In this document: positions 42,259 to 55,430 of the stretch, one piece after another
Numbering within the stretch: the stretch's first letter is position 1
Layout: every line of letters begins with the position of its first letter
Source of the DNA: Chrysomallon squamiferum
Lineage: Eukaryota > Animalia > Mollusca
Assembly: GCA_012295275.1 (NCBI GenBank)
Contig: CM022669.1
Span: forward strand, 15,562,001-15,626,000
Direction: 5' to 3'
Length of the DNA stretch: 64,000 nucleotides
Position numbers and translations under genes: made by a program
Notes under the pieces: generated by a model
The model's database searches: none
What the model saw: only the letters and a program-made list of their open reading frames with translations
What the model was told of the DNA's origin: nothing

Positions 42259-43057
42259 ACACAATAGAACTGTAGATTATAGTCTGAATGACATTCTCCA
42301 CACAAAACCATACTGAAGGTGTACATTTACATTTAGGTGTTGATTTCTAAACAGGAATCATGAGTATAGAATATTCTGTACTTGAAGTTGCAATGGCATT
42401 TTAGTTGCATATGGATTATTACATATTGAAGTCTCAATAGGTTGCTGATTATAAAACTTCAGAGAGGTTATGTTCTAAGGGACAAAACCAGCTGCCATCA
42501 TTCCATTGGCTATTTTTGATCAATTACATGCAGGGGATCTTATAAGATACTTTCTGATTATGGAAGCATTGGTTGGAAACAGGACCAAGAAGGACTAATG
42601 TAAGTCAAGTATACCATGTTATTATTACAGTGTGAAATTCTAGCATTGTCTATGTGTTCTGATGTTAGTTAAGTATACCATGTTGATGTTACAGTGTGAA
42701 ATTCTAGCATGGTCTATGTGTTCTGATGTTAGTTAAGTATACCATGTTGATGTTACAGTGTGAAATTCTAGCGTTGTCTATGTGTTCTGATGTTAGTTAA
42801 GTATACCATGTTGATGTTACAGTGTGAAATTCTAGCAGTGTCTACCTGTTTTGGTGTGCCTGATGCCACAATGAGTCCCTGGCGAATAATGGAATGCCAA
42901 TTTTCTATACTTGAGCCACTGAAAAATAAAATACTTTTAATTAGTACAGCTCAAAAGTGACATAAGATGAAACAGAAGCATGTGAAACCAAAGTAAGATA
43001 ATTTAAAACTTTATAAATAAATAAATGAGAAGAATAAGTAAATAACAAAATGATGAA

Positions 43058-43136
<79 letters not shown>

Positions 43137-46100
43137 TTAATAGTAATAAAATTCCTTGTGGAAAATCTAATGAGAAGAAACAAGCACGACAAATAATTGC
43201 AATAGAAGGAGTAATGGTAGTAGTAGTAGTAGTAGTAGTAGTAATAGTAACTAGTAGTAGTAATAGTAGTAATTATAGCAGTAACAGTACTAATACATAA
43301 ATAAATATATAAAAATAAATTATTCAACAGATTGGAAACATTATATAATACTTAACCAAACAGAATTAATAAAACTGCACGTACTGGAAGGCAAATGTGC
43401 TGCCATGTTTCTTTCGTTTTTGCTGGAAGATACTTTCTTTTGCTGGTGGACTGCTGAGAAGCAGAAACTGATGAGGTGTTTTCATGCAGCGGATTTGCTG
43501 AAAATGAACAATGAAGTTTGAAATTGTGTTTATACAGCAAGTGTATTTAAGCCAAAACTGTTCTGAGTCAAATTTGATTTTGTTTCTCTCTCTGTCTTTT
43601 AAGTGTGAATTTGTTCAGCTGTGTGTGAATTTATATTTGTATATGGTGTGTACGTACAAGCGTGCACACCAAAACCAGACGTTGTGTAACATCGGCCACA
43701 TTTATTGCAAGCTAATGAATGAATGAATGAAAAAATAACAAACTCTGAATAAGTGTTCATTTTATTTTAAGTAATTATTATGTCTGATGTCAGGCTGGCT
43801 AATTCTGACACAAGAGTCTTATTGCCAACACATTATACCAAGTTATACTAATATCCTCCAAAAATAAACAACAAAAAAAAAAAAAAAAAAAAAAAACCCC
43901 AAACAAGAGCAGATCATACACTTCATCTGACATGCAAAAACAAAACATCCTTACTTTCTTTGGTAGTAGTTTCACAATATGTGATCTGTTGCTTGAAATA
44001 ATCCTGAAAAACAGAATAGTAAAATCCTCTAAAGTCAGGTTATAAATTTATTTTAAGGCAGGAAATCATTTGAACTGTTCAAAACCAGTATTGGTTAACT
44101 GATAAAGACAATTATTGACATAACTGATTAGAAGATTTTAGTGAGTTCAGGAGAAAAAAAAAGAAATGACATGTTAAAATTATGAACCAGTAGCTTTGAC
44201 CCTTCGTCTGGCTTCCCTTTAAAATTGGATTAAATTTATTTTAAACCCCTTATGTGCCCGATTTAAAACCTTCTGCCAGATATACAGCTCTTTATCATTT
44301 CTCTGTCATACTTGTTTCTGGAAAGTGAATTTCCCAAAAGGCTCCAAGCCTCCACCGACTCGCTATCGTCTTGCTGAAAATGAAAATTTAGCAGACAAAA
44401 CATCACTTAAGGTCTAATTCATACAGAATATTTGACGTGGCTGTCAAATCGAAAGCTGTGCTGTGCTGTGAAATCAACATGTACTTGTTCCAGTTATAAT
44501 GTGAAGGAATGAATTATAGAATTTTCAAATGTTAAATAAAGTAGTGGCTTTCACATAAAAACGAAAAACTAAATTACTAATTAGTTACCACTGTAAAAGT
44601 GGATATGCCAACCGATGTCGTTTGTCAAGTTCTTTCTTCATGTTGGAACCGGCTAGTTGCATCATTTCTTGCACGGACGGAAAAGTATTCAAGATTTTTT
44701 TAACTTCAGGAAAGTTTTTTTTCTGAAATTAAGCATTAAAAAAAAAAAAGAAAAAAAAAAGAAAAAAAGAAGAAGAATATATGCAGTTTGAAATATGAAA
44801 GAAAAATGTTACAGTGTATCATTGGTTTGAAAATGTGTTGAGTGTGTTGTTATATTTAATAAAACATTGTTTTCTCCACAGTTTGGATCGTTTCTCTACA
44901 TGCATTCTCTGTTACATAACCTGAATACTGTGTGTACAGAGAAAATATTTACTATCTATTCTGTGTACTGACCATGCACATAACGTGTGTATGGTTTCTA
45001 TAAGAATGAATCAGTTTTTATATTCTCCATGCACGAAATATGTAAGATAGGAAATTTCAGCTGAATATCATTATAATTTCAAAACTAATAAGAATTTGGT
45101 CCCAAAATTTTGCCTGCGCCCATCATTTATAGGTAGGGAGTTATTTCCTCTCTTCGTATTTATAAATATCAAAGTAATGAATATTACCATACCATGGGAT
45201 CCAAAGCTAACACTTTTGATTTGTCAGGGTCAACAACTTTTGGGTATGGGTCAAAGATGGTATGATTTCGAGCTGATTTGATGGCAGCCTTAGTCATCTT
45301 CAGTAAGAGCACAATGACCTGAAATGAAAAACAAAATAATAATAATAATAATATTAATAAGGATATTTGATAAACATATATAAATATATATGAAAAGTAA
45401 TAATAATTAAGTAACATTACAATTACATCGAAATTAAAACAAACAACCAAAAAACAAGCAGAAACTCCCATAAAACAAAAGAAACAAATAATAATAATAA
45501 TAATAATTATAATAATAAAAACTTAATTACCATAATGCTTACCTCAGCTCCGGTGGCAATGTAATCAGCAGCATCTACCATGACGCCAAGAGCTTGGAAA
45601 GCAAACACACACAAATCACGACAACAAACGGAAGGCTGGAATAAACACCAACAAACAGTTTAAGTAATCATTAACATCAAGTAATGTGATTACGCAACAT
45701 AAAGGTAACAATACTGCTGCCTTTAATAATTTAAAATAAAACTTTACTGTTAGGGACTGGAATGTCAAGGTTATATTTTTCTCTTCTTCTTCTTCTTCTT
45801 CTATTGTTTTTCTTTGAACTTTTCTATTTTTATTTTATTTTTTAAATTCAGAAAAGAGAAAGCGAAAAAAAATCCAGTTTCATTTACGTAAAACTAATAT
45901 GCGACTTTATCTTTGTTAGTATATCCTCCTCCTACCACTGTTTATGAATATTGTAGTAAAATGAATGCTAAACTGATTTAATTATATTACGAATTTATAT
46001 TTTCCATTATCGTGTATCCCAGACGCACAGAAATCCCTATTATACGTATAAGATGTCAGCTTTTATTCTTCCTATTTATTTATTTATTTATTTATATCGG

Positions 46101-46423
46101 CCAGCGAATTTTAAAACATAATTGCACTTCTTAAATTATGTATTGTTAGAACATTTTTATAGACAGTTTTATTGAATGTTGACATCCCACGTGTTACATG
46201 CACTGTTTCACGTGACATCCTCGCTAACACAATTTAAATACAATAGTGTGACGTAATCAAAATAAAATATAAGTGGCGATTCGGATTTTTGTTTTCCAAA
46301 AACACCAGTTAAACACAAACCAGCAAATGATCTATAAGGAGTAACGCACATCTAAAACTCAATGAGTGGTGATGATCAACATGTAAGGTTAGTTTTATAA
46401 ACCAGTACTGTATAACTTTTTTT

Positions 46424-46471
<48 letters not shown>

Positions 46472-46646
46472 GACTACGACTACTGCTAATAATAATAACA
46501 GTAAATAAATAAATACGTAATTATAATTTATTTAGTCTTCAAAATGATTGAAAATAAGTATCTCTGGAATTTGTTTTCCACAGTTTCTCACTTTCTACCA
46601 AAATTCAAACAAGTTGTTAGGTAAGAAACACATATACCAGTATTGC

Positions 46647-46677
<31 letters not shown>

Positions 46678-47405
46678 ATTATTATTATTATTATTAAATG
46701 ATTAATTTCACTCTTGGCTTGTTGCAGATAACAAGCTGACAGATCAAGAAACAGTTACTGATTTTTTATTCGTATTCTTATTTTTTAAATTAAGTAAGTA
46801 ACTTACCTTTAACATGGGGCAGTTCTGGAAAATATGAGGTTCATCACAAATAACACAGTATTCATTTAAAGTTGGGATTCTTTGTCTCGTGTATTGGAAA
46901 ACCTGAAAAGAAACAAAATCAACTCTGTTTACTACCAGCTAATACCGTCAGTAATTTGGAACTGTTGTAGCAATTTATGGTAGTATGTTTGCTTCAGAAC
47001 TGGTACGTTTTGAGATCAATGCTCCTGAGTGGACACATTAAGTTTAATACAGATTTAGCTCTGTCGTGCCTGTTTCAAAGAGTTTTTCACTGTCCAAGAA
47101 TGTATCTCTTGCTGTTAGACAGTGCAAGTTCCCTTAGTGTAATAGTTTGTTAAAAAATCATAAATGAAATCGGATAACTAATAGTATTTTTCTTCTAATT
47201 CATTCTACTTTTTCACTTTTCCCAAACTTGATAAAATTTAAATTTATACAAAACTAGATTTTCTCATTTTAACAATAATAATGATTAGATGTGAAAGGCA
47301 GCTTTTATTAAATTAATAAATGAATTTGTTTTGAAATTCAGGTTGGAGATTATATATAATAATGACAGAGTATGAAAACAACAACAAATCAACGAAACAA
47401 ACAAA

Positions 47406-47490
<85 letters not shown>

Positions 47491-49259
47491 TAATTTAAAA
47501 AGGCATATTTCAATTCACTTTACCTGCACTAGGAAACCATTTTCAAAACTAGGTGCAACCTTTGCATTTTCCCCCTCTACTGTTGATGTGCACATACGGG
47601 TAAGAACGTCCATTTGTTCATTGGGTGCGGTCATTGATTCACACCCAGGCTTATTGTCTATGAGTTTGCATTCAGGGGTATCTTCTGATAGTTGTCTTGC
47701 AACAGGTTCTACTGGTTTTAAGTCTGGGAACTGTGTTTCCATATTCAGTTCCAAACAACTAAAAAATATATTAATAAAACATAGTATTTTGCATAATATG
47801 ATAACATTTTTATTTAAAGTTAGTTGTACTTTTGTGTTACAGTAACACATAGCGGACAATATATAATTTGTATTGGTCATATAAAAAGAATATATTATTA
47901 GGTAATCTGAAAAAATTCAGGTACTTAAACAAAATAATAATAATAAGTAGTAGTAGTACTAATAATACTTGCAGTAATATTAATATTTCTAAGAATAATT
48001 TAATAAATAAAAATGCATAATCTCAAAACAGCATAAAAAAACAAAACAAACTAAATAAATATAAAAATAAAAATAAAAATAAAGTAATTATAATAAAATA
48101 AGGTAAGCTGAAAATTTCTTTATAATCTTCACAGGTTGTTTTAAACTTAGTTTAAGGGCTGGGTTTTTTTTTTAACCTCTATAGACTCGCTATAAGAGAA
48201 GCATACAGCACAAAACATTTAAATAAAAGATAAGTCACATACAATATTATTTCAAACCCTAATCCAATACCTCTCAGGATTTGTTAAGATGAGGTTAACT
48301 GCCTCCTCCATGTTGCCTTTTGTAATAATCAGAGCATTGCGACTGATCTCTGAAGAGAATCCCAAATCCATAAGTTGGACAAGTTTTTCATCATCCACAA
48401 TAGGATTTACACAGTCTTTATCATCTCCTCTGTAATAACCATAATGATAATGATAAACATTAATTATAAGAAAGATGGTGGTGATGACGATGATGATGAT
48501 GATACTATTACGTAGATAACAATTATAATAATTTGTAATAATAATAAATAGTAGTATAGTGATAGCAATAGAGTAGTAGCACTAACAATAATAATTAGTT
48601 ATAATATAAAAACAATATAAAATCATGTAGTAATAATAACAATCACAACGGTTAAGTTAATAATAATAATAACATAAAAGAGAAAATAATGAAACAATCA
48701 ATTAGTGATTCATTGGATAACAAAAATATATATTGTATTAACTAATTGTATGCAATAAGTTCTAATTAATTTTTTCAAATTATTTCGAACAAAAGGGTAG
48801 ACCACGGATGTATTTTGTGCAACAACTAATGAACATTGCAAAAATAATCTGCAGAAAACTTTAATAAAAAATTAGCAAATAAGGTTCTGGTTTTGGCCAT
48901 TACGTAAATATTACATCGAAAATACTTTCAAAATTGATTTGATTCAGTATTAGTGCTACGTTTTCACAGAATAGCTATTAACATGAAGTTGGTTTGCTAA
49001 CATGTCAAAGTTCTCATGATGAAAAAAATATAAAATTACCCTTTGTCATTTTCACAGAACCTTGCTGGAGTTTTGAGACATGGTGATAGATCAGAAGGAA
49101 CACTTAATGACTTTAAAGCAGCATCCTGCTTCTTTTTCCAGATTTCTCGCAAGAATGTCTCCAAGATTCTAAAACAGTAATACATATATATATATAGAGA
49201 TATATTCACTTCACCATATCTACAATAAATGTGTGTGGCTATTTTCCTTTCATATTTAC

Positions 49260-49336
<77 letters not shown>

Positions 49337-50214
49337 ATTTTTTCATTTTTATTCAAGAGCTCTATAACAAAACGTATTCAGTCTGAATGAAAACGAAGAG
49401 ACTGCTACTATATTTAATGTCTGGCAAAATTCACTTTTTAAATTGCTAGAACTTACTTTTCCATCTGAATTGTGAAACCAAACTTTTGTTTCTTTGAAGC
49501 CTGTAATACCTCAACCTCAGGAGGATCTACAGAACAGACACAAATAAAACATTGCAGTCACTAAATACTGTTTATGAAAGACATCTGTTAATGCTTATTT
49601 TTGGGGGGTATTTTGAACTGCACTGAAAAATAGAACACAAATAAAACTTGGCACTCACAAAACTACCTGAAGGGTGAATGAATGAATATACTGGTGCCTA
49701 TTTTTTCAATAATTTTAATATTAATAGTTATTACTGACAGGTAATTAAATTGAAATGCTTTGAAAAAAAAAAAAAAAAAGAGAAGAAGAAAAAATAAAAG
49801 ATAGAAAGAAAAAGCCTTAGCACTCATAAAACTAACTAAACGTTGTATGGATAAATATGAAGGTGTGTATCTTTTCAATAATTTTAAATATTAATAAATC
49901 TACAGACAGTTAATTACAATCAGACAGAGGTGTGCAGAGATCACAGACCGGGTAATTACAATCAGAAGGTTGCTATACAATCACCACACATCTCTTTATG
50001 ACATCTGCTACCATTGTTTTTTTCTTATTTTGTTCTTTCTTTTTTTCAGTTGTGATAAATAGTCTATATAAATAGCTTACCAAACAGATTGAAAAAAATA
50101 ATAATAATAAAACAATAATAATAATAATAAATAAATAAAAATAAACAAAAATTAACAAAATAAACCGAATGAGGTTGTTTGACACAAAATGAGTGCCCAT
50201 TCCTTAAATGTAAT

Positions 50215-50263
<49 letters not shown>

Positions 50264-50815
50264 ATACAGCTAAAACGAACCTTTCTGATCTAAGTAATGT
50301 ACAGAAGACATTTTAAGTTGAACTAGCAGAGGTTTTTCCAGATCAAGATTCCACGCTTGAGCAACTTCATGCTACAAACAAAACAGTGAACGAATATTAT
50401 TTAACAAATTTTAATGCTCAAGATTATTAGGTATTCTGTATTATTTACAAGTTGCTGAGGTGAGACAAATAGTATGTGCTACTCTATCACGGATTTGGTA
50501 ATTAGATAAGAAAAACGGAATATTTTATTGTCATCAATATTTTATTGTTATAAAACACAATTTCATTTTGAAACAAATTCAGCTAGAGTACATCTTTTCT
50601 GACATGTGCTAAATTCATTTTGTACGTTTTTTGATACTGATTTTTAGTTTTGTTTCTCTTCAGGAATATATGTTCTTTGTTCTAGGAACATATGTTCTTT
50701 GTTCTGTCTTAAAACCTAGAGTATGTTTCTGATGAAACGTGCAAAATTGATCCTGAACACTTTTGAGATGGTAGATTATTGCTTTATTTTTCTGCCAAAC
50801 CATTTGTAACAAATA

Positions 50816-50878
<63 letters not shown>

Positions 50879-52214
50879 AATTTGTAAAACAAAATCCAAT
50901 AACAGTTTTAAATACAAAATACACATAATATCTTTTCTATAAAATACAGTTTCAGACACTCTGAAAAATAAATATACAATCGAAGAAAAAAAAGAAAAAA
51001 AGAACAAAAACAAACATGGCTACTGAAAACGCTTTCTCCCAACAACACAGTTTGTGCATTAATACACCAAACACTTACGGACAGAAATGTCAGTGATATC
51101 TTGAGTTCCACATCTATTTCACCAATTGACTCATAAAATCTGTCAATCAAAAAACAGAATAAACATTACAATGAAAAAACACACTTTGTATCATTGTTAT
51201 ACTAGTTGTAATACGTTTACCTTAATATCAAATAAACAAAATAATACATAAATTAATTGATTTTTAACCTTCCCTTTTCTAATTGTTTTATCTCTCTCAC
51301 CTACACAGACCAAAGAAAGAAAGAAAGAAAGAAAGAAACAAGAATAAAAGAACAAAAACTATTTTATGCACATACAGAAGTGTGCCTAATATCACGAATT
51401 ACTACTCACAACATATACATTAATATCATTTACCTGTAAGAAGCAAAGACAGTTATCTGCAAGAAGCAAAGACAAGTTACCTGAAAGATACTGCTTTGTC
51501 TCCATATATCAGTTTAACGTTTTCCAAATCCTGTGCTAGTTGTGTGTTAATCATTTCTTTTTCCACCTCCTCCTCCTCCTTTGGAAGAAAAACAAATAAA
51601 TATTAAAAATGAATGAGAGAGTAAACCCTGCTACAACCAATGGCAAGGCATTTTATCTCGAAAAGCTCATGTAAAATGGCCTCCTCATTGAGTTCTTGCA
51701 GGAATGGGAAAATACACAGATACATTCATAGACACATACGTACATACAGACAGACAGACACACATAATTACATGCACTCACATAAAAATGGATATGTACA
51801 TACACAGAGCTTCACACACGTACACATACACACACACACACACACACACGCATTATCCAACTCTAACTGCACCATACATACGCACACCCCATCCCTGTGC
51901 ATAGATAAACAAAATATTAACTTCAGTTTCATTATCAAATTCATCTTGAATAATAGGGTACTCTTCTTCATCATCTGGCAAGCTGTCTTTACAATCAGAA
52001 TTCCCGGATTCTGTGCTAATCTGTCGACTGCACACTGTGTTCTTTCCCTCATTCTCGGTATTGTCTTGTTCATTTAAAAATTCTGTAAGAAAATAAACAT
52101 ATGCCATGGTGTATACATACATGTATTATCTCTCTATGTAGATTCTCAATCGAATTATGTCACGCATATTTGTGCATGTATATCTGTAAGGGAGGTCAGT
52201 TTTTTCTATAAAAA

Positions 52215-52249
<35 letters not shown>

Positions 52250-52539
52250 GTAGTAGTAGTAGTAGTAGTAGTAATAGTAGTAGTAGTAGCAGCAGTAATA
52301 AGAGTAATGGGAAAATATTTAAACTATGATAGAAAGAAATAAATATCAGCTTTAGATTTTACAGAGTTAGTAAAACAAATATTTACTTTATAATGTAGAA
52401 TATTAACACAAAAAGAATGCAGCTGAACTGATAGCATTATTAACAAATCTTTCTCCTGATACTAAAGAAAAAATTTACTATTTTAGTACATCATAAAATA
52501 CAGATACAACTATTAATTAATATAACTATATATATAGAC

Positions 52540-52590
<51 letters not shown>

Positions 52591-52850
52591 CACATAATGA
52601 TTGCATTGGACATGAATTACCATCTCGCAATTTAAGTAGCAAGTTCGGTACTGATTCGTTGACAGGGTTTATTTTATCTTTGTCGGTGCTGGCTGTGAGT
52701 ATGCTGTTTCCTGAAATATAAAATAAAATATGATAACTGTTACCATGAACTTATCATTATATTATTATTATTATTATTATAATTATTATAATTATTATTA
52801 TTATTATTTTAAATATATTTATTTAAACACATGTAAAGATATTGTTAAAG

Positions 52851-52891
<41 letters not shown>

Positions 52892-53636
52892 AACTGCCAT
52901 TTATTATTCTAGTTTCAGGAGGTGGTTGGAAACTTATCTAAAGCTATCTAGCAATGAAGCTTGCTCTCCATGCATCACCATTCAATTATCAATAAAGCTT
53001 GATCATTACAACAGATGAAACAACAATTTGGAAATAAAAAAACATACACTGAGATGTACTCCATTGCAGGCTATCATGCTTTATTACTGGTAAACATTAG
53101 TAACAACAAATCAACAAAAACAGCATGAAAGTATACCAGTATACTCGATCTAACTGATACGTGTAACAAATTAATAACTAAATACATTTAGTCTTACTTT
53201 ATCATTATGAAAGATTGATAATAATTTGGAAATATACAACAAAAAGAAATATTTTGATAATTTTGTTACTGCTGCTTTTGTTCCATGCTAACCTAGGTTT
53301 TAAAATCATTCAGCACGTGCATTCAAACTTTGTTTTTAATAACGTACGTGGATAGTCATCTTCTTTGACAATCAGTGAAAAGGTTGTTGTTTTTTTGTGA
53401 TCATGCAGATAGGTGAAGGTAAGTGTGTTTCCTTGAATAATAAATTCTGTGACAAATAAAAATGAAAATGTTTAGGGTACCGATACTTTCAGTTACAGCA
53501 CACTCACAAACACACACACTTGAATATTTCAATTCTGCAATATTTATTTATCCTAATAAGTATCTATAATTACTAGGTTTGATATAGAGGATAACGTAGT
53601 TAGGACCTACGAAAATCCAAATGTATTTATTCATTA

Positions 53637-53696
<60 letters not shown>

Positions 53697-55245
53697 ACTA
53701 CAACTGCTGTTACCTCTGCAACTAGAATAAAGATGGAATGTAGATCATAACTATTACTGTCACACACCTATTATTAGTATCACTGTAGAATAATAATGCT
53801 TATAACGAACACTCACTTGTATATGGCCATTGATACTGTTTACACAGTAATTCAGTCTATGACATGCCTGTTAAATTGTTCAATTCTAGCAGACATATCG
53901 AAATGATATTTAGATAACAAAATACAAATTTATTATGATTAAGAAATCGCCTACTTTCGGTTTGTTTTTAGGACATGGTGCTGTCTCTGCCCATCCTTTG
54001 CTTAACTTCATGGTTTGCAAAGAAAGCTCGTACCCATTCATAATTATAGTTATTTAATGAATAGATAAATGTAATGAAATATTTGTGCGAAAATATGAAT
54101 AAAATAAACAATAAAAACCTCCAAAAAACAAACAACAGTAAAATAAACAATCAAAAAAAAGCTAAACGAAATCTAAGTGGGGCTATTGTTATTATAATTA
54201 TTGTGATGTTCTTATTCGTTCTTTTTAATGCAACAACTGCCTTTTTTTCTTTTTTTTTCTTTTTTTTACCTCAGACCACCCTCCATATGGGATTTCGCTT
54301 TCAAAGTAATGTATCTGTATTATAAACAATTTATCTATTACTTACACTTTCATAAAATGATATATAAATATTATGAAATTAGCAATCATAGGTTGGCAAC
54401 ATCATAATTTACTAGCATCATAATTATTAATTATTATTATTATTATTATTATTATTACCTGTGGAACTAGGATACTCGTGGAATGTAGTTCATAACTATT
54501 ACTGCCAGATGCCTGCTATTAGTATTACTGTATAATAATAATAATAATATGTATTATTAATACTCACCTTATGTATACGACCACTGATACTGTTTACACA
54601 GTAATTCTGTCTCTTTGTTATCCTTGTAAAATTGTTCAATTCTAGCAGATATATCGAAATGATATTTTTTTAGATAACAAAATACAAATTTATTATGATT
54701 AAGAAATCGCGTATTTTCGGTTTGTATTTATGACAAGATGCTGTCATCGGGGCCTCACAGAGAAGTTTTGCAAAGCGGTACAAGACCCCTCTGGGGCCCC
54801 GTGGCAGGCCTGATTGTATAGACAGATATTCTCAAACAGGGAATGGATGTTGCATGGTTTGCTGTGGGCTCTTCTAAGCTCTTGGTCCCCGGAACAAGTT
54901 ACCGACTGTACCCCCCCTCCCTTTCATACACCCTGGCTGTCATTGCGCAACTCTTGTTTAACTTCCTGGTTTGCTGATTTCTAATACTCCGGAAGAAATA
55001 AATCTGTGGGTTTATTACTACTACTACTACTACTATTAATACCACAACGACTACTACTACTACTACTACTACCTGTGGAACAAGGATAATGGCAGAATGT
55101 AGATCATAACCATTACTGTCAGACACCTACTGTACAATAACAATGGTTATTACGAACTCTCACCTGTATACGACCACTGATACTGTTTACACAGTGATTC
55201 TGCCTCTTTGATATCCTTGTAAAATTGTTCCATTCTAGCAGACAT
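40629..55245 (-). CDS. PARP8: PARP6/PARP8-family mono-ADP-ribosyltransferase, copy A (22 coding exons, ~765 aa; RWD-like regions, UBA, C4 zinc finger, H-Y-I catalytic domain)
   Basis: Exons read manually, all with AG/GT boundaries and consistent phases (sum 2298 nt): 55164-55245 MSARMEQFYKDIKEAESLCKQYQWSYT; 53348-53446 EFIIQGNTLTFTYLHDHKKTTTFSLIVKEDDYP; 52621-52710; 51922-52082; 51481-51578 ..TQLAQDLENVKLIYGDKAVSFR; 51079-51139 FYESIGEIDVELKISLTFLS; 50281-50371 HEVAQAWNLDLEKPLLVQL..; 49457-49526; 49040-49168; 48271-48429 (UBA); 47524-47758 ..ENGFLVQ; 46807-46902 ..RIPTLNEYCVICDEPHIFQNCPMLK; 45543-45635 PSVCCRDLCVFAFQALGVM..IATGAE; 45193-45318 ..IFDPYPKVVDP; 44589-44722; 43955-44003 WIISSNRSHIVKL; 43385-43497 TPHQFLLLSSPPAKE..GSTFAFH; 42846-42918 GSSIENWHSIIRQGL; 41939-42049 GKGIYLSP; 41610-41664 CIALCE; 41245-41329 IWVCPNDNHVCTRLFFV; 40629-40716 YEDGQ..stop. 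Motifs match vertebrate PARP6/PARP8 as I recall them, and the N-terminal TFTY..DYP segment is PARP8-like. Which first exon is used is an inference. Confidence 0.92.
42484..42560 (+). mobile_element. Possible highly decayed SINE core fragment (paralogous copy ~60766-60835; similar text ~1918-1975)
   Basis: AAAACCAGCTGCCATCATTCCATTGGCTATTTTTGATCAATTACATGCAGGGGATCTT loosely resembles the MetaSINE-type core as I recall it (AAACCCGCTGCCGCCAC..GGCTACTCTTTCCGATTAGCAGCAAGGGATCTTTTATATGCAC). This is from memory and unverified. Confidence 0.25.
42607..42845 (+). repeat. 64-bp intronic tandem repeat, ~3.7 copies
   Basis: AAGTATACCATGTT.. recurs at 42607, 42671, 42735 and 42799. Confidence 0.9.
48271..48429 (-). 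CDS. UBA-domain-encoding exon of PARP copy A
   Basis: Translates GDDKDCVNPIVDDEKLVQLMDLGFSSEISRNALIITKGNMEEAVNLILTNPE. This fits the UBA pattern (L..L..(M/L)GF.....ALxxxxGNxExAxxxL). The exon is 159 nt, symmetric phase 2-2, with tacag| and |gtatt boundaries. Confidence 0.8.
53817..53896 (-). pseudogene. Disabled duplicate of PARP first coding exon (cassette 1)
   Basis: ATG TCT GCT AGA ATT GAA CAA TTT.. is homologous to 55164-55245 but has a 2-nt deletion giving TGA (MSARIEQFNRHVID*). The GTGAGT donor is retained. Confidence 0.8.
54568..54652 (-). pseudogene. Disabled duplicate of PARP first coding exon (cassette 2)
   Basis: The start codon has become ATA, and an in-frame TAA sits just before the GTGAGT donor. 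Otherwise it reads SARIEQFYKDNKETELLCKQYQWSYT. Confidence 0.8.
54748..54935. mobile_element. Short non-autonomous hAT-like element (MITE) with 8-bp TSD
   Basis: Flanked by identical GCTGTCAT at 54740-54747 and 54936-54943, with degenerate termini CGGGGC.. / ..CCCTG. The paralogous cassettes (~53980, ~56293) carry a single GCTGTCT empty site. The right end of the same element recurs at ~55734-55782. Confidence 0.6.
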
Positions 55246-55299
55246 ATCGAAATGACATTTAGATATCAAAATCAAAATTGATATGATTAAGAAATCGCG

Positions 55300-55430
55300 T
55301 ACTTTCGGTTTCTCTTTATAGCGCTTGTGTAATTTCCTGTTTTGCTGATAACCGTGCGTCGGATATGCTTTGGAAACCCGGAAGAAGCAAATCCGGAATG
55401 TTTCGGGTATTTTCGTAAAGAAAACTCGTA
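55300..55430 (-). promoter_or_regulatory. Probable proximal promoter of PARP copy A with ETS-like motifs
   Basis: CpG-containing segment directly upstream of the only intact first exon, with CCGGAAG, TCCGGAA and TTTCCTG motifs. Homologous CCGGAAG motifs occur in sister cassettes at ~54989 and ~56358. Confidence 0.45.

Larger units (their letters stand above)
38886..44810 (+). repeat. Segmental tandem duplication, left copy (homologous to 56867-63020; offset ~18 kb)
   Basis: Colinear similarity across the downstream flank, 3' UTR, introns and exons. For example, 38990-39300 matches 56960-57240 and 40660-40860 matches 58780-58975. Confidence 0.9.
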
